This document shows, piece by piece, positions 38,406 to 51,079 of a stretch of 64,000 nt of DNA (the first letter of the stretch is position 1; each line of letters starts with the position of its first letter). Position numbers and translations under genes: made by a program. The notes under the pieces are model-generated. The model ran no database searches. It was not told the origin of the DNA and saw only the letters and a program-made list of their open reading frames with translations. The DNA is taken from assembly GCA_964016885.1 (NCBI GenBank), contig OZ024740.1, positions 238,638,001-238,702,000 on the forward strand, written 5' to 3'. This DNA is from Eledone cirrhosa. Lineage: Eukaryota.

Positions 38406-39106
38406 AGAAATTTATGGCTCACATTTTTGCAGGTTTAGCTGGCCTCCTATGAAGAAGCAATATTAATATAATGGCCTACGTTATTAGTACTAAGTGGTTG
38501 ATGAATTATCTGTGTAACAAGTGAGATACTTGTGAAGATAAAAGAGTATATAGTTAAATAGCAGGAAAAAAACATTAACATAGTACCTAATATAAGAAGA
38601 ACTTGTTTTGTTGTTGACATATATAAACTGTTTGAACCATTATTTACAATTGGATGACTTTCTTGAAACTTGTTAGTGAAATAACAAACGTCAGAATTAT
38701 GTGCTTTGCACCGTGACACTAAAGGTGGCAATAGCAAGTTATAAATAATTGGCTATACAACAGGTTTGCTTCATCAGACGAGTTCAGATTACCATTTTCT
38801 TTTTTGTTATATCAACTTAACAAGGCCCAATGACTGTTCTATACTAGAAGAAGAGTAGCTAAAGGCAAGATGACATATCTGAGTATTACTCTAATATTTT
38901 ACATTTATGTTGAGATAAAAACACGAAACATATACAATGTTTTGGGTCAAATATAAAGTAATTACAGGTTTCAATAATGTGTGTAATAAAACCTAAATAC
39001 AGATGACAGATTGTTATATATGGTATAATTGAGGGTGTAGCAGTTAGAACATTATTTATAGTGCCCCAGGGCATTGTGGTAGCAATTGATTTCAAAAACA
39101 TTGTGC

Positions 39107-39138
<32 letters not shown>

Positions 39139-39569
39139 TTAGCAAAGGTAAAACTATATATACAAAACTCAAAGGAAAGTAGAGAGTTATATATGATAGT
39201 ATATAATTGCCACGTCTTTTCAGAATGAGTTTTTCCCATCCTGGAGTTCTCGCCAGTGTTCACTTATCCTTGAACACTGGAAAACTCATCAGTACTCCAC
39301 CAACATGCCAAAATAGAACATAGGGGCACATTAGAGAACATAGAGATAAAAATTATATTCACACACAGAAAAGATGCAACGTTCAGACAAATCACAGAGG
39401 TGACAAACATAAACGAACTCCACCCAAAATTAAACAGAAAACCAGAGTGGAATAGCAACATCACAACTAGTAACTAAGGACAAAATGGAGACATTCAGAC
39501 ACACACAAAAACCAAACTAACAAAACAAATCAGACACACACAGATAGAACAAACAACCAACTAGTGACA

Positions 39570-40182
39570 AATAAATAAACACATAAATAAACAAAAACAC
39601 ACACACACACATCCGGGTGTAACACATGTGCAAACTAAGCACATAAAGATATAGCACACAAAAATAAGATGGTGTAAGACAGAACAAAGGTGGGACACAA
39701 AATAAAAACAGTCACTGAGGTCACAGATGTGTGACGAAAGAGCTTTGACAATATATAAACAACCATCCGGTTATCGAACCAACCGACCGGAAATTTATAA
39801 ATTGAAGTGAAAACCAACAGGTGCGTGTGTTTTTATTGGCAGTATGAGCCTCCCAAAGTATAACAATATATATATATATTGTTATACTTTGGGAGGGTCA
39901 TGTTGCCAATAAGAAACACACGCACCAGTTGCTTTCACTTCAATTTATTATAATAAATTTATAAATTTCCGGTTGGTTGGTTCCACAACCAGATGATTGT
40001 TTATATATTGTCAAAGTTCTTTCGTCACACATTCTGTGACTGGGGATTCTTTTCTTTGTTTTTGTGCCTCTCCTTTGTTCTGTCCTACGCCATCTTGTTT
40101 TTGTGTGTGTGTTGTGTGCTTAGTTTGCGCATGTGTTACATCCAGGTGTCTGTGTGTGTTTATATTTGTTTATTTATTTATT

Positions 40183-40185
<3 letters not shown>
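39570..40185. repeat. Fold-back of about 600 bp centred on (TA)n
   Basis: Perfect 48-bp core palindrome 39849-39896. The arms stay alignable for about 300 bp with substitutions and indels. Confidence 0.88.
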
Positions 40186-40244
<59 letters not shown>

Positions 40245-42283
40245 TGTATATATATACATATATATATATATGTTGGTACCACAACATCCAGTCCTAAATG
40301 AGGTCGTGTAGGTGTCACGACAAAAAAAAACACACAGTCCACACTGTAATGTGGCCGTGTAGGTAACACGGTAAAAACCTCCCAGTCCACACTGTAAACG
40401 TGGTTGGTGATAGGAAGGGCATCCAGCCATAGAAAACCCGCCAGACAGTCCGGAGCAAGACAACCAATCTTGCCTCAAGTGGGACAATTCCTGTCCAGAC
40501 CCATGCTAGCGTGGAAAATGGAAGTTAAACGATGATGATGATGATGATGATGATGATATACATATATATATATAATATGTGTGTGTGTGTATATATTAGT
40601 TATATGAGAGATTGTTACAGATAACTACATAGAATGGAAAAACTATTTTACAGATAGTTACATTTAGATACACTCAAAACTACATAAAGGAAAAGACAGG
40701 GTAATATAGACAGCTATATAATAATAATGAAATTATTGTGTACAGTGCTCAGGTGCACTATATATATTGGAAAGGACATGAAGTAAGCATGATAAGTAAC
40801 ATTTTAGAATGGTGTAGGAATAATGGTACTTGTTATAAGTTAATGGGTGTCTTGTTAACTAAGCTTCATTAAATGAATAGAAAACAAAAGCTGCAATTGT
40901 AAAAGGCAAATAACAAGAGAAGGAGGACTACTTGTATATAAAGCAAGAGAGAAGAATACAGTTATTGTTTCTGTTAAGATAATTTATAAACTTTACATAT
41001 ACATTTCTAGTATGAGGAAGGCAATTCATATATAATGTTTGTCCATAGATCTTTTCTGATAATTGTATGTTTAGTTATAAACCAAATAAGTTACATTCAT
41101 GTCACTAATAATTAGGTATCATTTAATCAGATTTCCAATGGTATAAAGATAAGGCCATATCGTCATTAATTGGTTTGTGTGTGGATAAAGCATTATAATT
41201 GCACAAACAAAAAAAGATTATGGTTTAAAATATTTAAAATTACTGGGAATTATTCGCACGTTTATGTCATCCTCAAAGTAATGAATTAATTACTCAATAG
41301 TTCTAATAAGTATTAACAGCTAGAGGTAACAACAATGGTTTTATCAATGTCATGTCAAAATAGTTTCAGATATACTATTCTGCTGTTGAATGAGGACACA
41401 GTGAATTGTGTGAACTTAGTGACCATGTTGATAATGAAGAACAATCTAGAATTACAGACTTGTCTTTGAAATTTGTTATTATGAAAACTATCATACTGGT
41501 GTGATCTACTGGCAATGAAGGGATTCTCTTTCTGAGGGTACATTAAATGTCTGTGTAAAGTGCAGTGAATACAGAGGACATGCAAATGTTGGTTAAGAAA
41601 CAATTCAAGTTTGCTCAATTGGATGTGTAATGTCAATGTGCTTGAATGACTAAGTATGGATCAGCTAAAAGAAAAAAAAAATGGACATTAGATCAATCAT
41701 ATGTAGCATACAGAAGAGAAGCTTGCATTGGTATGGACATGTGATGTTTATAGATGATGGCTGTTGGGTGAAGAAGAGCCAGAAGATACAGGTAGAAGGA
41801 AACTGCAGAAGAGGAAGACCGGAGAGATGTGGATAGAAGTGATGAATGCCAACCTCATGATGCTGAACCTCACAAAAGAGATAACACAAGAAAGAGAAAA
41901 GTGGTTGGAAGTTGTACTGGAGAGAGAGAGCTCATTTACACCATGCAAGCATAGAAAAATTGATGTAAAAATGATGATGATGAATGTAGCTGATGTTCAG
42001 TTTAAATTTCCATAGGTCAATGACTGTAGGAAAAAAGTGGACAGGGAGAGTATTCCAGAGGGATGTAGGTCTGAGGAAGGTGTTCTTGGTAAAGGTGTTT
42101 TTAGTACATTGTCTTCAGGAGTAAGACTCAGTAGGGTTGATGCAAAAAGGGGAGACAGATGCATCGGTAGATTTGGTTGGAGGTGGTATAGTTGGGGTTG
42201 GTGAGTGATGTTAATCATTCCAGTAGATTGAGATACCTAGCATTTGTAGTGAATTTGAGGGTTTTAGTTGTCTTGCTCATAAT

Positions 42284-42468
42284 TGTCTCTACTTTAGGCA
42301 CAAGGCCAGCAAATACCCAGTGTATTACTGGTACTTTATTTTATCGACCCCGTAAGGATGAAAGGCAAAGTAAACCTCGGCGGGATTTGAACTCAGACCG
42401 TAAAGGGAAGTAACTATGCTGGAAAGCATGGTGTCCGACTCTCTACCGATACTGCCAATCCACCGCCC
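42284..42468 (-). mobile_element. Young full-length SINE family A with 16-bp TSD
   Basis: TSD ttgtcttgctcataat at 42268-42283 and 42469-42484. Confidence 0.93.
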
Positions 42469-43918
42469 TTGTCTTGCTCATAATGAAAGTGTGGGGTATG
42501 ATAAAAGCCTTATTATTGTTGCCTGTACTAAACTGGTTCACTAAAGACAATATTAACAAGAAGCAGGCTGAGTAAAGTTAACATCTATTCAGTGAAGAAG
42601 GTATGTCAAATATATAAAAACAGGTGCACCACTTTACTTATTCATAATCTAATTAATTTCTTGTTGCTTGGTTTTTACCAGCAGTACGAGTCCTTCTATC
42701 AAACTTCAACTTTTCAGTCTTTATTTTCCTTATACTGTATTACTGATTCCAATTCATTCTGTGAGTGGAAGTTCATTAGGTTAAAAACTGTTTATCACTG
42801 TGTTGTCATTTTGTCTTTGTCCTGTTCAAAGAAAGTAGGTTGAAATGACTGTATTGTAAGATGTATTTGATGATTTTGGTCATAAAGGCTGTGCAGGTTT
42901 GAAGTGAAAGGTCTATGTTGTATGTGAATGAAACGAGTGTACAGAAAGTTAAGTCAAGTGTAGCATTATCTGCTTGAGAGTGTGGGTTGTTTGAAGTGAC
43001 ATCAAGTAGGCCACAAGGTGGTGAATTGACAGTCATTAGAATGTTGGATAGAATGATTTGAAGTATTTGTTCCAGCTCTCTGTACTCTGCGTTCAAAACC
43101 TGCTCAGGCCAGCTTTTCATCTTCCAAGCTCGATAAAAAAAATACCATTCTAGTACTGGGGTTGATTCTTCTTCTATATCTCTTTTTCACTCACTCACTC
43201 TCTCTCCTTCCCTGAAAGAAATCAGCTGTTTAGTCCTGAAAAGGACTTTGAAATACTCAAGACATTACAGAACGCCTTCGACTCCATGTATATTTACATA
43301 TAAGTTGGTCCCTAATACACAGTAAGAAGAGTGTAAAAGGCATAACCAAACTTAGGTGTTTACAAGAGTTATTAGAATGTAGGGCAGAGAGAGCCCCATC
43401 AATGTATGGTATTAAGGGTTGGGAGAACCTTCAGTTGTGTCAAGGGCATGACAATCTCCCTAGGGTTGGTGATCTACACGATAACCGCATATAGTACATA
43501 CTGTAAAGTGGTTGGTGATAGGAAGATCAACCAGCTGTAGAAAGCTTCCAAAAAGTTTGAGAGGACCTTTCTAGTGCTGGTGTCTTGAAAAAAATGCACT
43601 CTGTAGAGTGTGGGATCATATGTAACCAAGATACAGACCCTCAGCCTGTCTGAGAGGTTGAGTACTGACTCAGTCTGTGAAGACCTGTCCAACCCGTGCT
43701 ATCAGGGAAAATGACCATTAAATGATGATGAATGGATTAGTCTGACATGAAACTTCTGATCTAAGATAAAACAGATAAGTGAAGTCAGCCATATGTGGGA
43801 AACTTAGTTAAGAGATTCTCATATTTGACACTGATAAACAATAACATTGCTTCTATCGAAGTTCTCACTGGTGAATGAGATATGAAAGTAATTCCCCTGT
43901 TGATTTGCTGTAAAGATG

Positions 43919-43968
<50 letters not shown>

Positions 43969-44693
43969 CAAGGTGTTGGTAGTGATTGTTGACAACTATT
44001 TTCATTAAGGCAGTCAGAGAATGTTATTTTGAGTGGGAAATGGGACACTGCCACAGGTTTGGATAGATTGGGAAAGATCATTGAAGCTGAGATGGAGAGG
44101 AAGCCCAAAGAGTTTGAAGAGGATAGAAGCTAATTCTGAATTACACCATTTGAGGGGATGAAAGATATACTATCAAAAGTAAGGAACAGTTTGGCTGAAG
44201 AGAGTGGAGATGTTTCTGCATTTAGTGAGTATGTGAACATAGTTTAGGAAAATATTAGGTGCCAGCTTCACAGTATACTCCCATGTGTGAGTATACTGTG
44301 GAGTTGGCTTATGAACAAGTAGTTTAATACCGTATTTGCTTGGTCATATCATCTTTACACTAGAACATAAAGTTCTCTAAGAAACAAAATCAGAAACAAC
44401 TTGTTTCTTGATCTTCAGTAACCCTTTTGATACCAACCCAGCTTTGATTCTATGAAACACAACCACCCATTTTAAAGAGTTCCTATTTAAATTAAAATCT
44501 TTCAATATAATTTTATATAAAAACCATGAGAAGTTACTATCTTAGTCATGGAATAATTATTAATTTTATTAAATCCTTCAAAATTCTTAATTAATTGAAA
44601 TTGAGTATATTTTATTAGAAATATAACCATGAAAAGGTTAAAGCACCTACAAGTCAAGCTGCATGTATAATTTTAGACAGAAACTGCAAACTA

Positions 44694-44815
44694 AATAACT
44701 TCTTAAATGATGTTGCTAATCTAAATTTGGTGTATTTCTTTCTTTCACTGACTGAATAACTTCTTAAATGATGTTGCTAATCTAAATTTGGTGTATTTCT
44801 TTCTTTCACTGACTG
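44694..44815. repeat. Perfect tandem duplication, 2 x 61 bp
   Basis: aataacttcttaaatgatg...cactgactg at 44694-44754 and 44755-44815. Confidence 0.92.
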
Positions 44816-44951
44816 TTCCAGATGCATCTAATATAAATATGAAAGATAAATTGTCTGATAGGCTTTAATCACAACGTAGATGAAGAAGTACAACTTCACA
44901 AGGTGGGAGCTTCATCCTATAACACTGTGATCACAGCCTAATTATTTACAC

Positions 44952-45207
44952 TAGAGGTTCTCAAACTTTTTTGGCCAGTGCTCCTCATTTCCAGAGAGAT
45001 CTGCCTACACGCAAATTGTAAATAATATATAATAAATAAAATTGTCAATTTATATATATAATAAATAATATAATTTATACTACCTATAAATAGATATATA
45101 TTTTTTCTTTTATTATTTAATATATTATTATATCATCTCCATGGCTCCCCCACTGTCCCCTTAATGTCCTCCCAGGAGGTGGGGAGTGCCCACTTTGAGA
45201 ACCTCTG
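44952..45207. mobile_element. hAT (Charlie-like) MITE
   Basis: TIRs tagaggttctcaaa / tttgagaacctctg. 8-bp TSD atttacac. Confidence 0.85.
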
Positions 45208-46179
45208 ATTTACACCAATGTGGTCCAACCTTAAGTAGAACCTAATTCTATAACACTATAATCACATTATATAAGTTACTTAGAGTAACAAGGTCTTACT
45301 CAGTGGAAATCTGCACTACAAAATACTATCTTGTTAATTTGCAGCAATAGTTTCTTTACTATTCCTCCCATTTCAGCAGTATAACAGCCAACATAAACAA
45401 GTTAAGCGCTGAGAGGTGGAATTTATAGAAAAATGCTATTTTTAGATCTAATGCTGTTAACATAAGTAATTTCTAGTAGATGTTGAATATAGATATGTTA
45501 CCACATGATTAGGAATGAGATTTTCAATAAACAGGACATTCACCTGTTACGTTATTATATATTATATAACACACACTTACCACTAAAGATGAGGTATAGA
45601 ACCATAATGTACAGTTCTTTCATACAAAGTTCTTTCATACAAATATCTTGTCTCAATAAATCATTTCTATATCAGTTTACCTCAAGGCAAGCCTTTATTT
45701 CATAAGAATATGTGTAGAGACATCATAGCAGACCAGTTTCACTTGTTTGCCTCACCATCTCCAACCACATCATTCAAGCCTTTCATTACACCACACCATC
45801 CTCTTCTTCTTCCACTTCACTATTCCAATTTTCTTTTACCTCCACACCTACAGACAACAAATCATGAGTTAGCACTGATTTGATAAACAATCATAATCAT
45901 CACCATGACAAATACTCCTCCAAAGGAGTACAAAAAACAAACAGTGGCATTATATTTAGGTTAGATCCATCAACACTGTGTGTATATATAATTTTTGCAA
46001 CAATTTTTTTTACCATGTTGGATTGCCAATATGAGCCTGTTCCAATAAAGAGTCTCATATGTTATTTTTTTTTTACAATTGTATTATAATTACCAACCAC
46101 TCCACAGCATAAACTGTGAGCATTTTATTGTACCACTAGAAAGGTTGTCTGCTAGGACTAAAGTATCCCCTCTACTTTG

Positions 46180-48086
46180 TATTAAGAAAAGCTCTTCTCA
46201 TAGAACTTACATGAGGGAATATCTGAACCTAGTAATTAGACTACAGCATTCAACTGATATGATTGATGCTGAACTTGAACAACATATTTCTGCTGAAAAA
46301 GAAAAATGGAAAGCTATCACTGAACAGATTGTCGAGGTTACATCATTTCTGGCAAAAAAGAATCTGGACTTTCGTGGTCATTGAAGAGAAGGAATATATA
46401 GTTTGTCAGAGCCAGGAGAGACAATCAGAGAAAATACAGGAAAACTTTTAGCAACACTAAAACTTTTGATCAAATATGATGTAATCTTAGCAGAACACAT
46501 ACAGAGAGGGAAAGAGAGGTCAAAAAGTATCAGCTATCTCTCCAACAGAAATCAATACGAAATAATTGATCTTCTTGGTGAAACTGTCAAGAAAAAAATA
46601 ATTTCCAAAATTAAGGAAGCAAAATATTTTAGCATAATGCTGGATTCAACTCCAGATATTGCCCATAAAGTTTGGGTTTCTGAAAATCTGTTATATTCAT
46701 ATTCTAGAAAAATTAGGAGACAAAATTTCCATCAATTATTATCATGGCCAAGCATATGATAATGCAGCAATTATGGCTGGAGTGAGGGGAGGTGCTCAAC
46801 AAAAACTTCTTGCAGTTAACCCAAAAGCTGTGAATGTGAATTGTGAGAATGACAGCTTCAATTTGACGTGTGTCCATGAAGTGAGATACAAACTGTTACA
46901 ATTTTTGAATTTAAAAAAAAACTGTTATTCTTTTTGTTTCATCTAACTCTCATTGGGAAGTATCACAAACATTTATCCCTCAGACTGTGATACAAGATGA
47001 AGTTCTCACTATGATGCAGTTCAAGTTATCTATGAAGAGTGTGACAATGTTATTGCATGCCTTGAACACTTGTTTGAAGGAGAGTTTTCTAGGGAAACCA
47101 AATCAGGTGCAGGATCATTTCTTAACTCTATTCAACAATTCCCATTTATATCTTTCTTCAATTTTTGGTATCAAATTTTATCATCAGTGGGGAAAGATTC
47201 AAAACATTTGTAAGATCCCAAAACATGGTTCTATGAAGCTTCTTGTAATCTAAAATAGATTATTCATATCTTGAATTTGAAAAATGATGAAATTATGCAC
47301 AATGAATATTGTGAAAAATGGAAATACCATTTGCCTGAACAAGAAGAATGATGTCTTCAGAAGGACATATCGAACTGACTGCACAAGAAATGAATAGAGT
47401 AATGGTAGAAGTCATGAACTGATTAAAAATAGAAATTGAAGATTGCAGTGATTACCTTCAAGACTTAAGATGAACAAGAAACAGAGAGATATTAAAAAAA
47501 GGAATGTTCAGACATTACAAATTGTTATGAAAATGATATGTGACAGTCATTCAGTTCTATGATGAAATGATTGACTTTGTGATGCTCCTTCAAGCTGAAG
47601 GAAATACAATTCTCTCAGATCCTAAAGATGTTCAAGAGTCTTTACTGCAGTTTGGAAAAGATGTCTTTCTAACAATGTGCATTACGTACACATTACTGTT
47701 TACCGTTTATTTTCAATCACAAGTTGTAAAAGGTCATTTTTAAAACTGCAATTGATAAAAGCACACCTGAGGTCTTCTATGTCACAAGAGTAACTGACCA
47801 ACTGGGCTTTAATCAGCATTGAAAAAGAATTCTTTACAGTTGATATAAAAATGAAGTAGTTAATGTGTTTTCTGACAGGAGATCTCATTTTGGGAACCAG
47901 ACTTAATAAATGTGGCTGATTTTGAATTAATTTGAATGAAGTGTTGTTTATTTTGTTTTATTTGTTTTTACATATTAAAAGTGTCTTCTTGGTTCACATT
48001 TTTCAGTACTAGACCCTAAACCTGAGTTTCAGGGGAATATAATCTAGATGTTGGCCCCAGGCATCTCTAACCTCTGCACACCCCTG
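46180..48086 (+). mobile_element. Decayed hAT transposase (ZMYM1/DUF4371-like) with right end
   Basis: Broken ORFs NLDFRGH, YLSNRNQYEII..IKEAKYFSIMLDSTPDI and GQAYDNAAIMAG..NPKA..C, then hATC-like LRSSMSQE..LISIEKE. The end reads ctctgcacacccctg. Confidence 0.85.
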
Positions 48087-48885
48087 CTTGATGGTATCTG
48101 CCTTGGCTGACTTTATTTTTAGACCTTTCAATTCTAGATTTTTCTTCCATATTTTGAATTTCGCCTCTAACGTTTCCACAGATTCAGCTATAATGACTAC
48201 ATCAGAGGTGGGGAACATTTTCATGATGAAAGGCTGTATTAAGTTACATTAAGGCCACATTCAAGAAAGATTATATATGATTTACTAATTTTTTAATTCT
48301 GGCTCTCTGTCAGTATGAATTATTTCGCTGAATTTATTTTACTCTTTGGTATTTAAAATACATTCATCTTATGGTTTAAATTAAAATAATAAAAGATAGA
48401 CAAAAACATATTAATAACATTTTTTTAATTTGTTGGAATTTTTTGATTCTTTCAAAAGGCTGTACAGAATGGCATAGAAGGCTGCAGACAAATGCACATG
48501 CAGACATATACTTGTAATCAGATCACACCTCTCCACAGGAAAATTATTTATCTGTGAATGTACACACACACAATGTGCAGATGATTTTCTTGTTTACAAT
48601 ATAATCTGATTAACATACATACATGCAGATGCAATCAGACTGCTTACAAATGTATTCTAATTTACACATACACACATACATCAAATACAAACATACACAT
48701 CCATTTATATATAGGTGGCACTCTAAATCAGCCACCACACACATAACACATATATGTATGTATTCACACACACACACTAGTGGAAGGATAGTTGCTTGAT
48801 TAAAAAGTTCACTTCCCAACTATGAGGTTTGGGGAGGGGGCACCAATCCACCTGTGTGGGACCTTCAAATGTAGTTATTCTAATG

Positions 48886-49205
48886 CAGAGGTGTTCAAAG
48901 CGGGTGCTACCGTCCCCAGGGGGGCATTGAGAAGGTCCAGGGGGGTGCTGGAGCCTAAGGGGGCAGTGGAGGTGGTAGAAATGATATAATAGTATATCAA
49001 ATATTAAAAGATACATATTATATGTAAATATAGGAAAATAAAAAACAATATATATTTATTTATACATGGTACATATTATATTATTTATTATATATTATTT
49101 ACAATGTGTAAACAGGTCTCTCTGGAAATAGGGGTGGGGGGTGGGGGCACTGAGGGTATTATGTGGCCGTGAGGGGGGCAGTGGCCCAAAAAGTTTGAGA
49201 ACCTG
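48886..49205. mobile_element. hAT MITE
   Basis: Ends cagaggtgttcaaa / tttgagaacctg. 8-bp TSD ttctaatg (48878-48885, 49206-49213). Confidence 0.8.
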
Positions 49206-49810
49206 TTCTAATGCAAAACATCACCACCATCAAATGCCTATAATAACAGTTGATCACTTTAAATAATAAATGAAAAATTGGGTAAAGTACTTCTGTCTAC
49301 TTTTCTTCACCCCAAAGGGTACTTCCCTGATTTTTTCGACTATTATTTATAGCAATCAACTATTATTATAGTCACTTACGTTGAGGCAACTTTTAAAATT
49401 TTAAATTTCTCTAATATTTCTTAAGTCAACCATAAATATATGTATAATTGTGTTTCTGGATACGGATGTCAAATCTTTTCACATCAGAGGTATGCTAGTC
49501 ATTTGATAAGAGAGATTGATAACAAAAGTACCAGATTGAAATACGTATTGGGGTCAACACGATTAACTAAGAAAATATAAGTGCTGCACCTGCATTAAAA
49601 AGTATATATATATATATCAAAACATGAGAAGAAAGAAGAATACTGCGTGGTTGCACATGGGTTACATATGATAAAATTAGTCCCTCGTCAGTGATTTGCC
49701 AACCATCATTGGTATTTCATCGCATTAAAAATCATATATATATCCAAACTGAATCTAAACCGATAAGGTCTGGCTTCTTGGGTATCTCACCATTTATAAA
49801 ACAAATCTTG

Positions 49811-49868
49811 TTTTTATCTGATGAGAGTGTATCAAAGTTTTGGTACCTTTGAAATATATATAATAAAA
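49811..49868 (+). ncRNA. Minimal type I hammerhead ribozyme motif (Penelope-type), core intact
   Basis: Stem I ttttat/ataaaa. CTGATGA at 49818-49824. Stem II 49825-49850 (GAGTGTATCAA-agtt-TTGGTACCTTT). GAAA at 49851-49854. Palindromic stem III ATATATAT. AUA cleavage triplet ending at 49862. Confidence 0.7.
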
Positions 49869-50180
49869 TAAATATGGTTTTATAAATATAGTTTCCAAAC
49901 ATACACATCCATTTATATATAGGTGGCACTCTAAATCAGCCACCACACACATAACACATATATGTATGTATTCACACACACACACACTAGTGGAAGGATA
50001 GTTGCTTGATTAAAAAGTTCACTTCCCAACTATTGATATTATATTCCAGAAAATCTGTTGAGTGCTTCGAATCTGTTATAAATAAATTTGTTGAATAACC
50101 AAAAATTAAATATCTCTTTGCATATACATATACAGGTGTAGTGTAATAAACTGAAGTAGAGTGTGTGGAACAACCTCTCT

Positions 50181-50220
<40 letters not shown>

Positions 50221-50287
50221 CACACACATACATAACAATTGTTAATACTGTAAATAAAACCCTTTTTGTACTGTTGACCATGTTATT

Positions 50288-50360
<73 letters not shown>

Positions 50361-50365
<5 letters not shown>

Positions 50366-50461
50366 CATACATATACATATATATGTGTCCTGAATCTTTT
50401 CATATTACCCACTCTGATGCATTATGGTCCACCCGGTATCTTACCACACCCTCTCTGTTAT

Positions 50462-50503
<42 letters not shown>

Positions 50504-50648
50504 TTGTATGTATGTATGTATGTATGAATATATGTGTGTGTGTGTGTATAACAGAGAGGGTGTGGTAAGATACCGGGTGGACCATAATGCATCAGAGTGG
50601 GTAATATGAAAAGATTCAGGACACATATATATGTATATGTATGTATAT
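50361..50648. repeat. Perfect 116-bp inverted repeat with a 56-nt microsatellite spacer
   Basis: 50361-50476 is the exact reverse complement of 50533-50648. Confidence 0.93.
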
Positions 50649-51079
50649 GTGTATATATATATACATATATATATACACACATATATACATATACACACAC
50701 ACACACATATATATACACACACACACACATACACATATGCATACTCTTTGTGTGGGAGAGGGAGACAAACGTTATATTCAACCCCATTACGACATTATTA
50801 TCATGGAGTACATGTACATAATAATGTATTATTTTAAACATTGTTCATAAAAAGAGAATAAGGAAGATAAGAATACTGACCCAGAGAGAAATGTGTTAAC
50901 ATAAAGGTTTATAGATGAATTAACAGGCATGAAGCATGAATTCAATTCAGCTGGGAGATTGAATGCACTTGTCAGAGGTAAATAACAACCAAACTGCTAG
51001 ATTGACCTTATAAATCCTCCTTTGTGTATATTAACTAACATAGAGAACATTAAACAAGGTCAACTTAGTTGCATAATAA

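Larger units (their letters stand above)
48688..50033. repeat. Direct duplication of about 136 bp (48688-48823 and 49896-50033)
   Basis: The copies are identical except for CA-repeat length. Confidence 0.92.

Noticed and set aside
38700-38780. Minus-strand CTGATGA followed by a possible AGCAA/TTGCT stem
   Set aside because: No GAAA box or stem I/III in register.
49640-49692. Minus-strand CTGACGA GGG...CCC near the intact HHR
   Set aside because: The second box reads GCAAC and is out of register; the stems are unconvincing.
50039-50850. Numerous overlapping ORFs
   Set aside because: Translations of TA/CA/GA microsatellites and of the palindrome.
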